From NCBI GenBank assembly GCA_017531925.1, contig JAFXKD010000005.1, positions 10,817 through 74,816 of the forward strand: DNA of 64,000 bases, given 5' to 3'. Below, piece by piece: positions 54,338 to 64,000 of this stretch. Each line of letters starts with the position of its first letter. Position 1 is the stretch's first letter. The DNA is from Clostridia bacterium. GTDB taxonomy: Bacteria > Bacillota > Clostridia > Oscillospirales > CAG-272. The notes under the pieces are model-generated. The model made no database searches. It was not told the DNA's origin and saw only the letters and a program-made list of their open reading frames with translations. The position numbers and the translations under genes are program-made.

Positions 54338-54949
54338 TTACAAATAAAGCTTGTTTTCCTTAATATACTGCGCCACCTTTTCGGGCACAAGATGAGATAT
54401 ATCCTCGCCTCTCTTTACCATCTCGCGGATCTCCGTGGATGAAAGCTCGATCTCGGGCGTCATTATCCTGCGGCAGATCTTGCCGTAATCATTAAGATAT
54501 TTCGTGTTTTTTTCAATTATCTGATTTTCAAGAAGCTTGTCACTTTCACGGCGAACGTAGGTAGGATAGCAGAGCTTGAATATCTCCTCAGGCTCGCGCC
54601 ACCGGTCAAGCTTGAGTGCCATATCCGTGCCAACGAGCATAAAGAGCCTTCTGTCCTCTCTCGCAAGAGCGCGCAGAGTATCGACGGTATAGCTTATACC
54701 GCCCTTCTCTATCTCCATATCGCTGATAATCACGCCCGTCTCACCCTCAAAGGCAAGTTCGCACATCTTCATCCTGTGATGCGCCTCGTCGCCGTCGTCC
54801 TTCATTTTTGAAGGATTGAGCGCGGTGGGTATCACAAATAGATAGTGAAGCTGCATTTGGTCCATAAACGCCTTTGCCGCGTTTACGTGACCGTTGTGAA
54901 TGGGAGCGAACGTTCCGCCGTAAATGCCTATTCTTGTAATTTCATCCAT
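54338..54949 (-). CDS. nadD: Nicotinate-nucleotide adenylyltransferase
   Basis: GIYGGTFAPIHNGH (the (H/T)xGH motif). SSTEIRE motif near the C-terminus. Confidence 0.92.
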   Translation of the reverse strand: MDEITRIGIYGGTFAPIHNGHVNAAKAFMDQMQLHYLFVIPTALNPSKMKDDGDEAHHRMKMCELAFEGETGVIISDMEIEKGGISYTVDTLRALAREDRRLFMLVGTDMALKLDRWREPEEIFKLCYPTYVRRESDKLLENQIIEKNTKYLNDYGKICRRIMTPEIELSSTEIREMVKRGEDISHLVPEKVAQYIKENKLYL

Positions 54950-54951
54950 AA

Positions 54952-55266
54952 TTAAATCTCAATTCTTTTTTTAGTTTTACTTTCGCGGTAAAGAATTACT
55001 TTTCTTCCAATAACTCCTACCACCTCGGCGCGTGTTGCCTCTGCAAGCTCCTCCGCCATTTCCCTTGGGGAGTAATCGCAGTTGTCAAGCACGGTGAGCT
55101 TTATAAGCTCCCTTGCCTCAAGCGCATCGGAAACAGTTTTAACAAGGTTTTCCGCAATTCCGCCCTTACCTATCTGCATAATGGGCTGCATCTGCGATGC
55201 CATTGAGCGCAGAGTGGCTCTCTGTTTTGAATTTATCATATTTTTCTCCGTAATCTTATTTTCCAA
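54952..55266 (-). CDS. yhbY: CRM/YhbY-family RNA-binding protein
   Basis: LRSMASQMQPIMQIGKGGI...ELIKL...GRKVILYR pattern. Confidence 0.85.
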   Translation of the reverse strand: MENKITEKNMINSKQRATLRSMASQMQPIMQIGKGGIAENLVKTVSDALEARELIKLTVLDNCDYSPREMAEELAEATRAEVVGVIGRKVILYRESKTKKRIEI

Positions 55267-55732
55267 AGCCCTCGGCGTTAAGCTTTTTCACAAGCTCGTC
55301 ACAGTTGCCCGCAAAGACTCTGATGCATTTATCGTAATCGAGGAAGATATTCAAAAATACGCCCTCGGATATCGATATTTTTTTAATATCGCTTTTCTTT
55401 ATTTCAAATTTTATGGCTTTATTTCCCTCGGTAGAAAGGACGAACATACTGCTTTTTGTGGCCACCATAAAGCCCTGTCTGATCTCCTCGCCAACGACGA
55501 AGTTCACTCTCTCGTCAAGGATTATCTTATCCTTGATCTCCTTTCGCAAGGGCTTGAATTTTCTGTCCCCTATCGCAAAGAGCACGGGTATGATTGTTGC
55601 TATAACGAGTGTCGTTATAGCCGAAAACAGCACCGACGTGGGCAGATCCGCATCCCCCGATACGAGCATAAAGGTCACTATTCCGCCAAGTGTGCTGAAA
55701 ATGAAAAGCGACGGCGTATAGTATCTCAGCAT
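55256..55732 (-). CDS. Hypothetical membrane protein (two TM helices plus a small cytoplasmic beta-rich domain)
   Basis: Hydrophobic N-terminal half. Overlaps yhbY by 11 nt. No recognisable motif. Confidence 0.6.
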   Translation of the reverse strand: MLRYYTPSLFIFSTLGGIVTFMLVSGDADLPTSVLFSAITTLVIATIIPVLFAIGDRKFKPLRKEIKDKIILDERVNFVVGEEIRQGFMVATKSSMFVLSTEGNKAIKFEIKKSDIKKISISEGVFLNIFLDYDKCIRVFAGNCDELVKKLNAEGFGK

Positions 55733-55746
55733 ATAAAAATTTCTCC

Positions 55747-56349
55747 TTAAATTCCAAGCATCTCGCAGAATTTTTTTGCAAAAAGCTCGGTAGCCACGGC
55801 TCTGTGGCTTATTTCATTCTTTTCTTGCGGCAAAAGCTCACCAAAGGTCTTTTTATATTTTTCAACGAAGAAGAGCGGATCGTATCCAAAGCCGCCACAC
55901 CCTCTTTCCTCATAAAGAAGCGTTCCGCGGCACTCACCTCGGACGGTGAAATCCGAATACTCCGAGCCTTCGGGAAACGCGCAGGCTATCGCGCTTACGA
56001 ATGCGCAGCTTCGGTCAGCTTCATCCTTCATATCCTCAAGGAGCTTTGCGTTATTCTTCTTATCGTTCCCGTGCTCACCCGCATATCTTGCAGAGTATAT
56101 TCCCGGCGCGCCGCCGAGAGCATCCACGGAAAGTCCCGAATCGTCCGCAACGCCAATATATCCGTGAGCCGACACGGCTCTCGCCTTTATCAAAGCATTT
56201 GCTTCAAAGGTATCACCGTCCTCAACGATATCGTCAGATATTCCGACATCCTTCATTGAAACGACCTCTATATCGGGGATATATTTACGGATTATCGCGC
56301 CGAACTCCTCTATCTTGTGCTTATTTCCGCTTGCAAATACTATCTTCAT
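55747..56349 (-). CDS. rdgB: Non-canonical purine NTP pyrophosphatase (RdgB/HAM1 family, dITP/XTP)
   Basis: MKIVFASGNKHKIEEF and GFGYDPLF motifs. The ATG at 56349 is adjacent to the ftsY stop. Confidence 0.9.
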   Translation of the reverse strand: MKIVFASGNKHKIEEFGAIIRKYIPDIEVVSMKDVGISDDIVEDGDTFEANALIKARAVSAHGYIGVADDSGLSVDALGGAPGIYSARYAGEHGNDKKNNAKLLEDMKDEADRSCAFVSAIACAFPEGSEYSDFTVRGECRGTLLYEERGCGGFGYDPLFFVEKYKKTFGELLPQEKNEISHRAVATELFAKKFCEMLGI

Positions 56350-56350
56350 A

Positions 56351-57256
56351 TCACTCGAAAAGTGCGGAAATAAATTCCTCTGCGCAGAAGGGCTGCATAT
56401 CGTCGATCTTTTCACCAACGCCTATGAATTTAACGGGTATTCCAAGCTCTCTCTTAATAGAAAGCACGATACCGCCCTTTGCGGTGCCGTCGAGCTTATT
56501 GAGAACGAGTCCCGTGATCTCCGCCGCATTTTTAAATTCCTTCGCCTGAAGGACTGCGTTCTGTCCCGTAGTCGCATCAAGCACCAAAAGGTTCTCTCTG
56601 TCAGCACCCGGAAGCTCGCGTGAGATAACGCGATTGATCTTCTCAAGCTCGTTCATAAGGTTCTTCTTGTTATGCAGACGTCCCGCAGTATCCACGATAA
56701 GAACGTCCGCGCCCTTATTTTTCGCATAGCTGATAGCATCGTAAACCACAGCTGCGGGATCACTTCCCTCGCTCTGCTTAACGAGATCCACTCCGCTTCG
56801 CTCACACCATACCGCAAGCTGATCGATAGCCGCCGCGCGGAAGGTATCCGCCGCCGCAACTACTACCTTTTTGCCGTCCTGACGAAGCTTATTGGATATC
56901 TTACCGATGGACGTGGTCTTACCCGCGCCGTTTACACCGATAACGAGGATGACCGAGGGCTTTGTTCCAAGCTTTAAGGGCTCTCCCTCTCCGATCATTT
57001 CCTTAAGTGTATTTTTAAGGAATGCGCGCACCTCGTCCGCATCCTTTATCTTTTCTTCCCTGATGTCATCGCGGAGCTTTTCAATTATCTCTTCGGTTGC
57101 GCCTGCGCCGACGTCTGCGCAGATGAGCATTTCCTCAAGCTCCTCAATAAGATCCTCGTCCACCTTGGTGAATGCCTTGAGCATCTGATCTATCGGAGCA
57201 AAAAGCGCCTTCTTCGTCTTCTGAAGTCCAGCCTTTAATTTATCCAAAAATGCCAT
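56351..57256 (-). CDS. ftsY: Signal recognition particle receptor FtsY
   Basis: GVNGAGKTTSIGK, DTAGRL, NKLDGTAKGG. ATG at 57256 follows GGAAGGAG. Confidence 0.95.
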   Translation of the reverse strand: MAFLDKLKAGLQKTKKALFAPIDQMLKAFTKVDEDLIEELEEMLICADVGAGATEEIIEKLRDDIREEKIKDADEVRAFLKNTLKEMIGEGEPLKLGTKPSVILVIGVNGAGKTTSIGKISNKLRQDGKKVVVAAADTFRAAAIDQLAVWCERSGVDLVKQSEGSDPAAVVYDAISYAKNKGADVLIVDTAGRLHNKKNLMNELEKINRVISRELPGADRENLLVLDATTGQNAVLQAKEFKNAAEITGLVLNKLDGTAKGGIVLSIKRELGIPVKFIGVGEKIDDMQPFCAEEFISALFE

Positions 57257-60200
57257 CCCAATCTCCTTCCTTCTTCTTAGCAATATCCGCAACGTTCAAA
57301 GAAAGTATCTTTGAAATGCCGTGCTCGGGCATCGTTACGCCGTAAAGACGGTTCGCGCTCTCCATAGTACCGCGTCTGTGCGTGATAAGTATGAACTGCG
57401 TGCCGCCAGTATATCTTTTGATGTATTCCGAGAAGCGCGATACGTTAGCCTCGTCAAGAGCTGCCTCGATCTCATCAAGTATGCAGAACGGCGAGGGATT
57501 TACCTGAAGCACCGCAAAGAATAGCGCGATGGCGATGAATGCCTGCTCTCCGCCCGAAAGCTGCATAAGGTTCTTGATGATCTTTCCGGGAGGTGCGGCT
57601 TTTATCTCAATGCCGCAGTTGAGAACGTCCTCGGGATCGGCAAGCTGAAGCTCGGCATAGCCGCCGCCGAAAAGCTCGCAGAATACTCTGTTAAAGTTTT
57701 CATTTATCTTGTTGAAGGACTCGATGAACGAGGTCTTCATCTCGGAATCGAGCTGAGCGATTATCTTTTCAAGCTCCGTCTTTGACGCGTTAAGGTCGCG
57801 GATCTGCTTGTCCATATAATCGTAGCGCTCCTTGACCTCCTTGTATTTATTCACGGCGTCAAGGTCAACGTTACCTATGGCGCGGAGCTTATTGCGGCAC
57901 TCGGTCTGCAGCTTAGCAAGCGCGGGGCGCTCCTCTGCCGTGATCTCCTCATATCCAAGCTCCATAGCCTGATTTCTCGTAAGCTCGTGATCGTCCCAGA
58001 GCTTGCTTGAAAGCTTATCGTAAGCATCTCTGAGGTTGGCAAGCTTATTCTCATTGGTGGAATGCTCGCGGTAAAGGATCTCCTTTTGAGAGTTCTTTTC
58101 CTTTATCTTGGCATTGACTGCGTTTATCTTCTTTTCGTATTCGGTCTCATTTTCCTCAAGACGCGATCTTTCCGCATTCAAGGCATTAAGCTCAGCCTCG
58201 CCCTTTGCGATCCTTTCGCGGCTATCCTGTCTTTCAGCCTCAAGAGCGATGAGTCTCTCGCGGTACTCCTTCACCTTTTCGTCCTGACCGTCTATGTCGG
58301 ATTTCAGAGCCTCGATATGCTCGCGACTCTTCTCGATAAGAAGATTCTCGGTCTCTATATCCTTCTGAAGCTCGTTGATGCGGATATAGATAGCAGTAAG
58401 GGATCCCGAAAGCTCGTCCCTTTTATCGATAAGTCCGTTTCTTTCAACATCCTTGTCAGATCTGAGCTCGCTTATAGCGGATATCTTTGCATCAAATGCC
58501 GCTATCTGCTCGGTAAGGGTCGCAAAATCCTCCTCGTAGCGCTCGCGCATTCTCACGATATTGTCGTAATCCTCCTGCAGCTTATCCATAAGCGTACGGT
58601 TTGCGTCGATCTTTGCGTTTATCTGCTGAAGCTTGGTATTTTCGCTTCCCGCCATAAGCGCGATTATCTTCTTTCTGTCCTCAAGCGCACCTATCTCGCG
58701 CTCCATCTTTTCAACGTCGGAGGAGAGCGCTTTGTGAGTTTCGGAGAGCTTATTTATATTCTTCTCTATTTTTTCACACTCATCCTCAAGCTTTTTGACC
58801 TGACCCGCGCGTGAAAGAATACTCTGTCCGTGCTTTACAGATCCACCCGTAAATGAGCCGCCCACGTTGATCTGCTGACCGTCGAGCGTGATAGCTCTCA
58901 CCTTATATCCGAGAGCCTTCGCCATTTCGGTCGCGTTATCGATATTATCAAACACCGCTATTCTGCCGAGCATATACGAAACTATATTCATATACTCGCT
59001 CTTGGTGCTTACAAGGTCGTCGGCAAACGCGATAAAGCCGCGGAAGCCCGATGCGTCCTTAAGCTCCTTAGTGATAGTGGGCGCTTTTATTGCGGTGATG
59101 GGCATAAACGTAGCTCTGCCCTGCTCGTGTCTTTTAAGAGCGAGCATTGCCGCCTTTGCGACGCTCTCGTTCTCTACCACGATATTCTGAATGGACGCGC
59201 CAAGGCTCGTTTCCACCGCCACCACGTATTTTTCATCAACGGAGATGAGCTTTGATACGGGTCCGTAGATCTTGCCCACGCTCTTTCCGTCGCTGCTTGT
59301 AAGCTTACCCTCGCTATATGTCTTCATCACGAAGCGCACACTGTTATTGTACCCCTCGAATTGCTCGTCCATAGCCTTGTAGGTATCTATTCTCTGCTTA
59401 GTTGACTGAAGCTGAAGCTTCTTTTCGTTAAGCTCGGAGTCAAGTCCTTCCTTCTGCTGAAGGACGCGCTGGAGCTCCGCGCTAAGCTCGGAGATCTTCT
59501 CATCGCTTCGCGCTATATCGTCATTATATTCGTCAACCGTGCGCGCGGTCGCCTTTTGCGATCTCGTAAGCTCGTCGTCGATACGCGCGTATTCCTGCAT
59601 CTCGGCAATAAGAGTATCGTTCTTGTCATTATCCGTGCTTTTTGCATTTTCGATGACTGACAAACGAACCTTGAGCTGCATCTCCTCGGATTCCAGCTCT
59701 CTCATATCTGCAAACGCAGTATCGATCTCCTTTTCAAGACGGGATATCTCACCCTCAAGGCGCGCTATTTCATCCTCAGCCTCGTCGTGCTGACGGAATT
59801 TGAGCTTTGCCTCCTCCTTGATCTGCTCGATCCTCTCAAGATGATTTTCGATCTCCTTATTTTCGGCTTCAATGCTTGCGAATATAGTTTTCTTCGTATC
59901 TCCGCTCGCATCGATAAGGGACTGAATATGTAAAGCATCGTTCTCATTAACACGGTAGGTGCTTTCAAGCTTATGATTTTCGTCCGTCTTTTCGCGGATG
60001 AGGGTGAGCAATCTCTCCGACTCATATCTGTTGGTCTGAGATACCTCGGTAAGATGGTCCCTCTGCGCTTCAAAGGACGCTATCGCATCCTCTGCCGCCG
60101 CAAGCTCAAAGGCGGATTGCTTATAAAGCGTTTCGATCCTTGCGATATCGTTTCTGTATTTCTCCGTATCGAAGAACCAGAGCTGAACGTCCACCTTCTT

Positions 60201-60872
60201 TTTGGTTTCAAGAAGCTCAAGGGCGCGTTTAGCCTTCTCTGCCTCCTTTTCAAGAGGTCCTACCTGCGCGCTTATCTCAACGAATATATCGTTGATACGC
60301 GTCATATTATCCTCGGTCTGAGCGAGCTTTCTTTCGCTCTCGTTCTTCTTATGGCGGAATTTTGCAATACCCGAAGCATCCTCAAAGATGCTTCTTCTAT
60401 CCTCGCTCTTGCGCGATATTATCTCCGCTATCTTACCCTGACCGATGATCGAATATCCCTCACGTCCGATACCCGTATTCATAAAAAGCTCGTAGATGTC
60501 GCGAAGGCGCACCGCTCTCTTGTTTATAAAATACTCACTCTCACCGGAGCGGTAATAACGGCGCGTTACTATGACCTCGTCATAGGGCGCATCAAGTCTG
60601 TTTTCGGGATCTGTATTATCAAAGGTGACGGAGACCTCCGCAAAGCCCATTGGCTTGCGTGAATCGGCGCCGCCGAAGATTACGTCCTCCATCTTACTTC
60701 CGCGGAGACTCTTTGACGATATCTCGCCAAGGACCCAACGCATCGCATCGGAGATATTCGATTTTCCGCTTCCGTTAGGTCCGACTATGACCGTTGCTCC
60801 GTGTTCAAACGTCAGCTTGGTCTTATCGGGGAAGGATTTGAATCCCTGCATCTCAAGGCTCTTTAAATACAA
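57240..60872 (-). CDS. smc: Chromosome partition protein Smc
   Basis: N-terminal YLKSLEMQGFKSF...GPNGSGKSN. Long coiled coils with a central hinge. C-terminal LSGGEQAFIAIALFFA...ILDEIEAALD. TTG start at 60872 lies 7 nt after GGAGGA. Confidence 0.95.
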   Translation of the reverse strand: MYLKSLEMQGFKSFPDKTKLTFEHGATVIVGPNGSGKSNISDAMRWVLGEISSKSLRGSKMEDVIFGGADSRKPMGFAEVSVTFDNTDPENRLDAPYDEVIVTRRYYRSGESEYFINKRAVRLRDIYELFMNTGIGREGYSIIGQGKIAEIISRKSEDRRSIFEDASGIAKFRHKKNESERKLAQTEDNMTRINDIFVEISAQVGPLEKEAEKAKRALELLETKKKVDVQLWFFDTEKYRNDIARIETLYKQSAFELAAAEDAIASFEAQRDHLTEVSQTNRYESERLLTLIREKTDENHKLESTYRVNENDALHIQSLIDASGDTKKTIFASIEAENKEIENHLERIEQIKEEAKLKFRQHDEAEDEIARLEGEISRLEKEIDTAFADMRELESEEMQLKVRLSVIENAKSTDNDKNDTLIAEMQEYARIDDELTRSQKATARTVDEYNDDIARSDEKISELSAELQRVLQQKEGLDSELNEKKLQLQSTKQRIDTYKAMDEQFEGYNNSVRFVMKTYSEGKLTSSDGKSVGKIYGPVSKLISVDEKYVVAVETSLGASIQNIVVENESVAKAAMLALKRHEQGRATFMPITAIKAPTITKELKDASGFRGFIAFADDLVSTKSEYMNIVSYMLGRIAVFDNIDNATEMAKALGYKVRAITLDGQQINVGGSFTGGSVKHGQSILSRAGQVKKLEDECEKIEKNINKLSETHKALSSDVEKMEREIGALEDRKKIIALMAGSENTKLQQINAKIDANRTLMDKLQEDYDNIVRMRERYEEDFATLTEQIAAFDAKISAISELRSDKDVERNGLIDKRDELSGSLTAIYIRINELQKDIETENLLIEKSREHIEALKSDIDGQDEKVKEYRERLIALEAERQDSRERIAKGEAELNALNAERSRLEENETEYEKKINAVNAKIKEKNSQKEILYREHSTNENKLANLRDAYDKLSSKLWDDHELTRNQAMELGYEEITAEERPALAKLQTECRNKLRAIGNVDLDAVNKYKEVKERYDYMDKQIRDLNASKTELEKIIAQLDSEMKTSFIESFNKINENFNRVFCELFGGGYAELQLADPEDVLNCGIEIKAAPPGKIIKNLMQLSGGEQAFIAIALFFAVLQVNPSPFCILDEIEAALDEANVSRFSEYIKRYTGGTQFILITHRRGTMESANRLYGVTMPEHGISKILSLNVADIAKKKEGDWDGIFG

Positions 60873-60906
60873 TGTCGTATCCTCCTGTTCTCGGGATAGA
60901 TTATAC

Positions 60907-61917
60907 TTAGATTAAATCTATTATTATATTATACCGCAAAAGCTCAGCTTTTTCAAGAACTTTTACTCTCTTTATTCCATATTTTTGGCAAATTTTTTCT
61001 ATATTTTTGCGTTTTTGTCCGACAATTTTTGATATTTCACCCTTCGGACAGTAAACGGTTATATTTTGAGGGATATTTTCCGCTCTGTCAAGCTCCGAGA
61101 ATATCTTATCAAGATAGAGCGCGCTCATAGCAAGCTCCCCTATTGCGGAGTGGTTTGCTCCTCCCGCAACGTGCGATGCATCCGAAAGATTTTCACCCGA
61201 TTGAAGTCCCACTCTTATGCAGGGCACTCCATATTCGGTAAAGACCTTAAGCGCCTCCTTGGTCCTGAAAATCGCATCGTCTCCGCTGAGTGCGATATAC
61301 TCTCCGCTCTGCATCATATCGCAAAGCTCCGTGCCGTAAAACACAACTGTGGGATACACGCGCGCGCCGTCTGCGCCAAGCTCGCATATCCTTTTCGCCG
61401 TATATATCTCCTTTTCAACGCTTGAGCTTGGCAGTCCTATCATCATCTGACCTATAAGAGAAAAGCCTCTCTCCTTTATCAGTCTGCAAGCCCTCTCCGC
61501 CTGCGAGGAGGTATGTCCGCGCTTGCAGGCTTCAAGCACCGTATCATCCATACTCTGAAGTCCAAGCTCGACCGTTCGCACCGAAAAGCGCGAAAGGATA
61601 TCAAGTATCTCCTCATCGATATAATCGGGACGGGTTGAGAGCCTTATTGAGCTTACCCTGCCCGCATCGACGTATTTTTGCGCAAGAGAAAGAAGCGCGG
61701 ACATAAGATCCCGGTCAATTCCCGTAAAAGAGCCGCCGAAAAAGGCGATCTCTACCTCGTCCTCGGAGGTCAGCGTCGAAAGAGCCGTTTCTATCTCGTT
61801 TTCAACGCAGGAAATATCAAAGCTCATCTTACCCGAAATAGATCTCTGATTACAGAAAACACACATATTGGGACATCCCAGATGCGGTATAAAAATGGGT
61901 ATATTTACGTGTCTCAC
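60907..61917 (-). CDS. Radical SAM protein (ELP3/HemN-like B-family) conserved between rnc and smc
   Basis: CPNMCVFCNQ is a CxxxCxxC cluster. I preferred GTG at 61917, 11 nt after GGAG, over the TTG at 61956 that opens the ORF. Confidence 0.82.
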   Translation of the reverse strand: MRHVNIPIFIPHLGCPNMCVFCNQRSISGKMSFDISCVENEIETALSTLTSEDEVEIAFFGGSFTGIDRDLMSALLSLAQKYVDAGRVSSIRLSTRPDYIDEEILDILSRFSVRTVELGLQSMDDTVLEACKRGHTSSQAERACRLIKERGFSLIGQMMIGLPSSSVEKEIYTAKRICELGADGARVYPTVVFYGTELCDMMQSGEYIALSGDDAIFRTKEALKVFTEYGVPCIRVGLQSGENLSDASHVAGGANHSAIGELAMSALYLDKIFSELDRAENIPQNITVYCPKGEISKIVGQKRKNIEKICQKYGIKRVKVLEKAELLRYNIIIDLI

Positions 61918-62000
61918 CGACGTTTTTTCTCCTTTCGCAATTACTTTAAAAAGCAAGAAAGGGAATCGGGCATTTTACTCGATTCCAATTCTTATATTGA

Positions 62001-62714
62001 TCAGATTTCTCCAAAGAGCGCAAGCGCCTCACGCGCGGCATTCTGCTCTGCCTCGCGCTTGGTCCTTCCCGTTCCTCTGCCTATAATGTTTGAATTTAAG
62101 CGCGCCTCGACCTCAAAGGTCTTTTCGTGATCGGGTCCCTTTGTTCCGACGAGCGCGTATGTAAGCGTGTCCACGCCCGATTGCTGTATTATCTGCTGAA
62201 GCTCGCTCTTATAATCGCCGACTACCTTTCCCTTTTCCCAAGCGTCAAGCTCCTTTTCAAAAAAGGGATGTACAAGTCCTGAAATTATCTCCATTCTGTG
62301 CGCGTTGCCGTCAAGGTATATCGCTCCCACAAGAGCCTCAAAGGTGTTCTCAAGAAGGCTTTTGCGCACTCTCGCGTTGTTCTTTTCCTCTCCGTTTCCA
62401 AGGAAAAGGAACGAGCCGAGATCAAACGCCTTAGCATACGAAGAAAGCGCCTCACGGCAAACGATGACTGCGCGGCGGCGGGTAAGCTCACCCTCGGGCT
62501 GATCGGGATATTTGTTGAAAAGATAAGTAGCTGCGATGATGGAAAGCACGCTGTCGCCAAGAAATTCAAGGCGTTCGTTATGCTCCACCACCCTGCCCTT
62601 GAGCTTCCACTCGTTTGAATAGGAGGAGTGCGTGAGAGCAGTTTTAAGGTACTCAATATTATTGAATTTATATCCGAGTCTTGCTTCAAGCTCGGAAAGG
62701 TTAGTGTTCTGCAT
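62001..62714 (-). CDS. rnc: Ribonuclease III
   Basis: NERLEFLGDSVL signature. C-terminal dsRBD (GPDHEKTFEV...GRGTGRTKREAEQNAA). Confidence 0.96.
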   Translation of the reverse strand: MQNTNLSELEARLGYKFNNIEYLKTALTHSSYSNEWKLKGRVVEHNERLEFLGDSVLSIIAATYLFNKYPDQPEGELTRRRAVIVCREALSSYAKAFDLGSFLFLGNGEEKNNARVRKSLLENTFEALVGAIYLDGNAHRMEIISGLVHPFFEKELDAWEKGKVVGDYKSELQQIIQQSGVDTLTYALVGTKGPDHEKTFEVEARLNSNIIGRGTGRTKREAEQNAAREALALFGEI

Positions 62715-62725
62715 ATTTACACTCC

Positions 62726-64000
62726 TTACTTTTTTATTTCCGAAATAACACCGTCAATAGCCTCAAGCGCGCGAGCCGATACTATCTCGTATTTCGCGAT
62801 CTTGCCGCCCTTCACTCTGTATCCAAGGGGCTCGATAATTCCGAAATTTGCATTCATCGGCACGAACTTACTGCTCATTGAGCCGTTTTTGACGTAGCTT
62901 GCCATAGCGCCTATCATCGTTGTATCGGGGAATATGACGCCATTCTCACCTAGCGCGCGCGCCGCGGCGTTTATTCCCGCCACGAGTCCGCTTCCCGCGC
63001 TCTCTATATAGCCCTCAACGCCCGTCATCTGACCTGCGAAAAAGACATTTTTGTTATTTAACATTGAATAATCGTTATTCAAAAATCCGGGGGAATTGAG
63101 ATAGGTATTTCTGTGCATTATTCCGTATCTCAAAAACTCCGCGTTCTCAAGTCCGGGGATCATTCTGAACACCCTTCTCTGCTCGGGAAACGCAAGGTGC
63201 GTTTGGAAGCCGACTATGTTATACATAGTTCCCTCCTTGTTCTCCTTGCGGAGCTGCACTACCGCAAAGCTCTCCTTACCCGTTCTCGGATCGACGAGCC
63301 CCACGGGCTTGAGCGGTCCGTAGCAGAGAGTATCGTAGCCGCGCTTAGCCATTACCTCAACGGGCATACAGCCCTCGAAAACGTTGATCTTCTTATTCTG
63401 CTCCTCGCGGTCAAATTCCTTAAGCTCCGCCTCTCTTGCGCCGATAAGCTCGGTATAAAAGGCGTCGTACTGCTCACGCGTCATAGGGCAGTTTATATAG
63501 TCCGCATCGCCCTTACCGTATCTTGAAGCGAAGAAGGCAACGTCCATATTTATGCTTGAAAAATCAACGATCGGAGCAGCCGCGTCGAAGAAATGAAGTC
63601 CCGACGCGCCAAGGCCGTCCCTTATATAATCCGCCATCGCGTCGCTCGTTAAGGGTCCCGTTGCGATAACGGTTATCTCTCCCTCATTAACGGACGTTAC
63701 CTCACCCTCGATCACCTCGATAAGCGGATGAGTCTTTATCTTTTTCGTAATGTAGCGAGAGAAAAGCTCGCGGTCCACCGCAAGAGCGGAGCCTGCGGGC
63801 ACCTTGGTAGCCTCAGCCGCCTCCATTATGAGCGAACCGAGACGGCGCATCTCCTCCTTGAGAAGCCCCACCGCGTTGGTTACGCTGTCGGAGCGGAGCG
63901 AATTTGAGCAAACAAGCTCCGCAAAGCCCTCGGAGTGATGAGCGGGGGTATATTTATGGGGCTTCATCTCATAAAGCCTTACTTTTATTCCCCTCTTTGC
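62726..64000 (-). CDS. trmFO: Methylenetetrahydrofolate--tRNA-(uracil54-C5)-methyltransferase TrmFO (5' end lies beyond the window)
   Basis: The frame stays open from 63967 to 64000 ([22 protein letters not shown]...). [19 protein letters not shown] motif. The FAD-binding N-terminus is missing from the window. Confidence 0.9.
   Translation of the reverse strand, partial: AKRGIKVRLYEMKPHKYTPAHHSEGFAELVCSNSLRSDSVTNAVGLLKEEMRRLGSLIMEAAEATKVPAGSALAVDRELFSRYITKKIKTHPLIEVIEGEVTSVNEGEITVIATGPLTSDAMADYIRDGLGASGLHFFDAAAPIVDFSSINMDVAFFASRYGKGDADYINCPMTREQYDAFYTELIGAREAELKEFDREEQNKKINVFEGCMPVEVMAKRGYDTLCYGPLKPVGLVDPRTGKESFAVVQLRKENKEGTMYNIVGFQTHLAFPEQRRVFRMIPGLENAEFLRYGIMHRNTYLNSPGFLNNDYSMLNNKNVFFAGQMTGVEGYIESAGSGLVAGINAAARALGENGVIFPDTTMIGAMASYVKNGSMSSKFVPMNANFGIIEPLGYRVKGGKIAKYEIVSARALEAIDGVISEIKK

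Noticed and set aside
1-64000. Mobile-element hallmarks (transposase, integrase, recombinase, phage genes, long terminal inverted repeats) around the TIR cassette or the LRR array.
   Set aside because: No ORF in the track or in my reading has DDE, tyrosine-recombinase or serine-recombinase motifs. Neither accessory locus has recognisable flanking repeats.

Overview
This 64-kb chromosomal window comes from a Gram-positive bacterium. Gene content and order look Bacillota/Clostridia-like, with GGAGG-type Shine-Dalgarno sites and rho-independent terminators. Nearly all genes are on the minus strand. No rRNA, tRNA, CRISPR array, transposase or integrase was seen.

Housekeeping blocks, left to right:
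- A heterodimeric ABC exporter pair.
- A dcw cell-division cluster: mraZ, rsmH, an atypical 214-aa protein, a PASTA-containing PBP, murE, murF, mraY, ftsW, murG, ftsZ.
- A TIGR01212-type radical SAM gene, a phosphofructokinase and a minimal sufC-sufB/D pair.
- metY-metA.
- A cyclase-family gene, folD, lgt and an M16 peptidase pair.
- ylxM-ffh-rpsP-KH, then rpsU.
- yhbY-nadD-yqeK-LCP-rsfS-leuS.
- trmFO-rnc-radical SAM-smc-ftsY-rdgB.

Accessory content:
- A secreted PL1-type pectate lyase lipoprotein.
- A ferritin-like protein.
- A tandem triplication of BspA-type leucine-rich-repeat surface proteins with mosaic sequence identity.
- Two GC-rich structured tandem repeats of about 170-180 nt (184-nt period) upstream of metY.

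The most interesting locus is a tightly coupled two-gene cassette at 31939..35484 on the minus strand. It encodes a TIR domain fused to a class I SAM methyltransferase, followed by a 725-aa membrane protein. That protein has two Rossmann-like modules and two RyR-like repeats. The cassette sits directly on the 3' end of the metY-metA operon. I know of no described system with this architecture. I propose it as a candidate NAD-linked signalling or defence-like module; this needs verification.

All domain calls are from reading motifs by eye. No database search was run.
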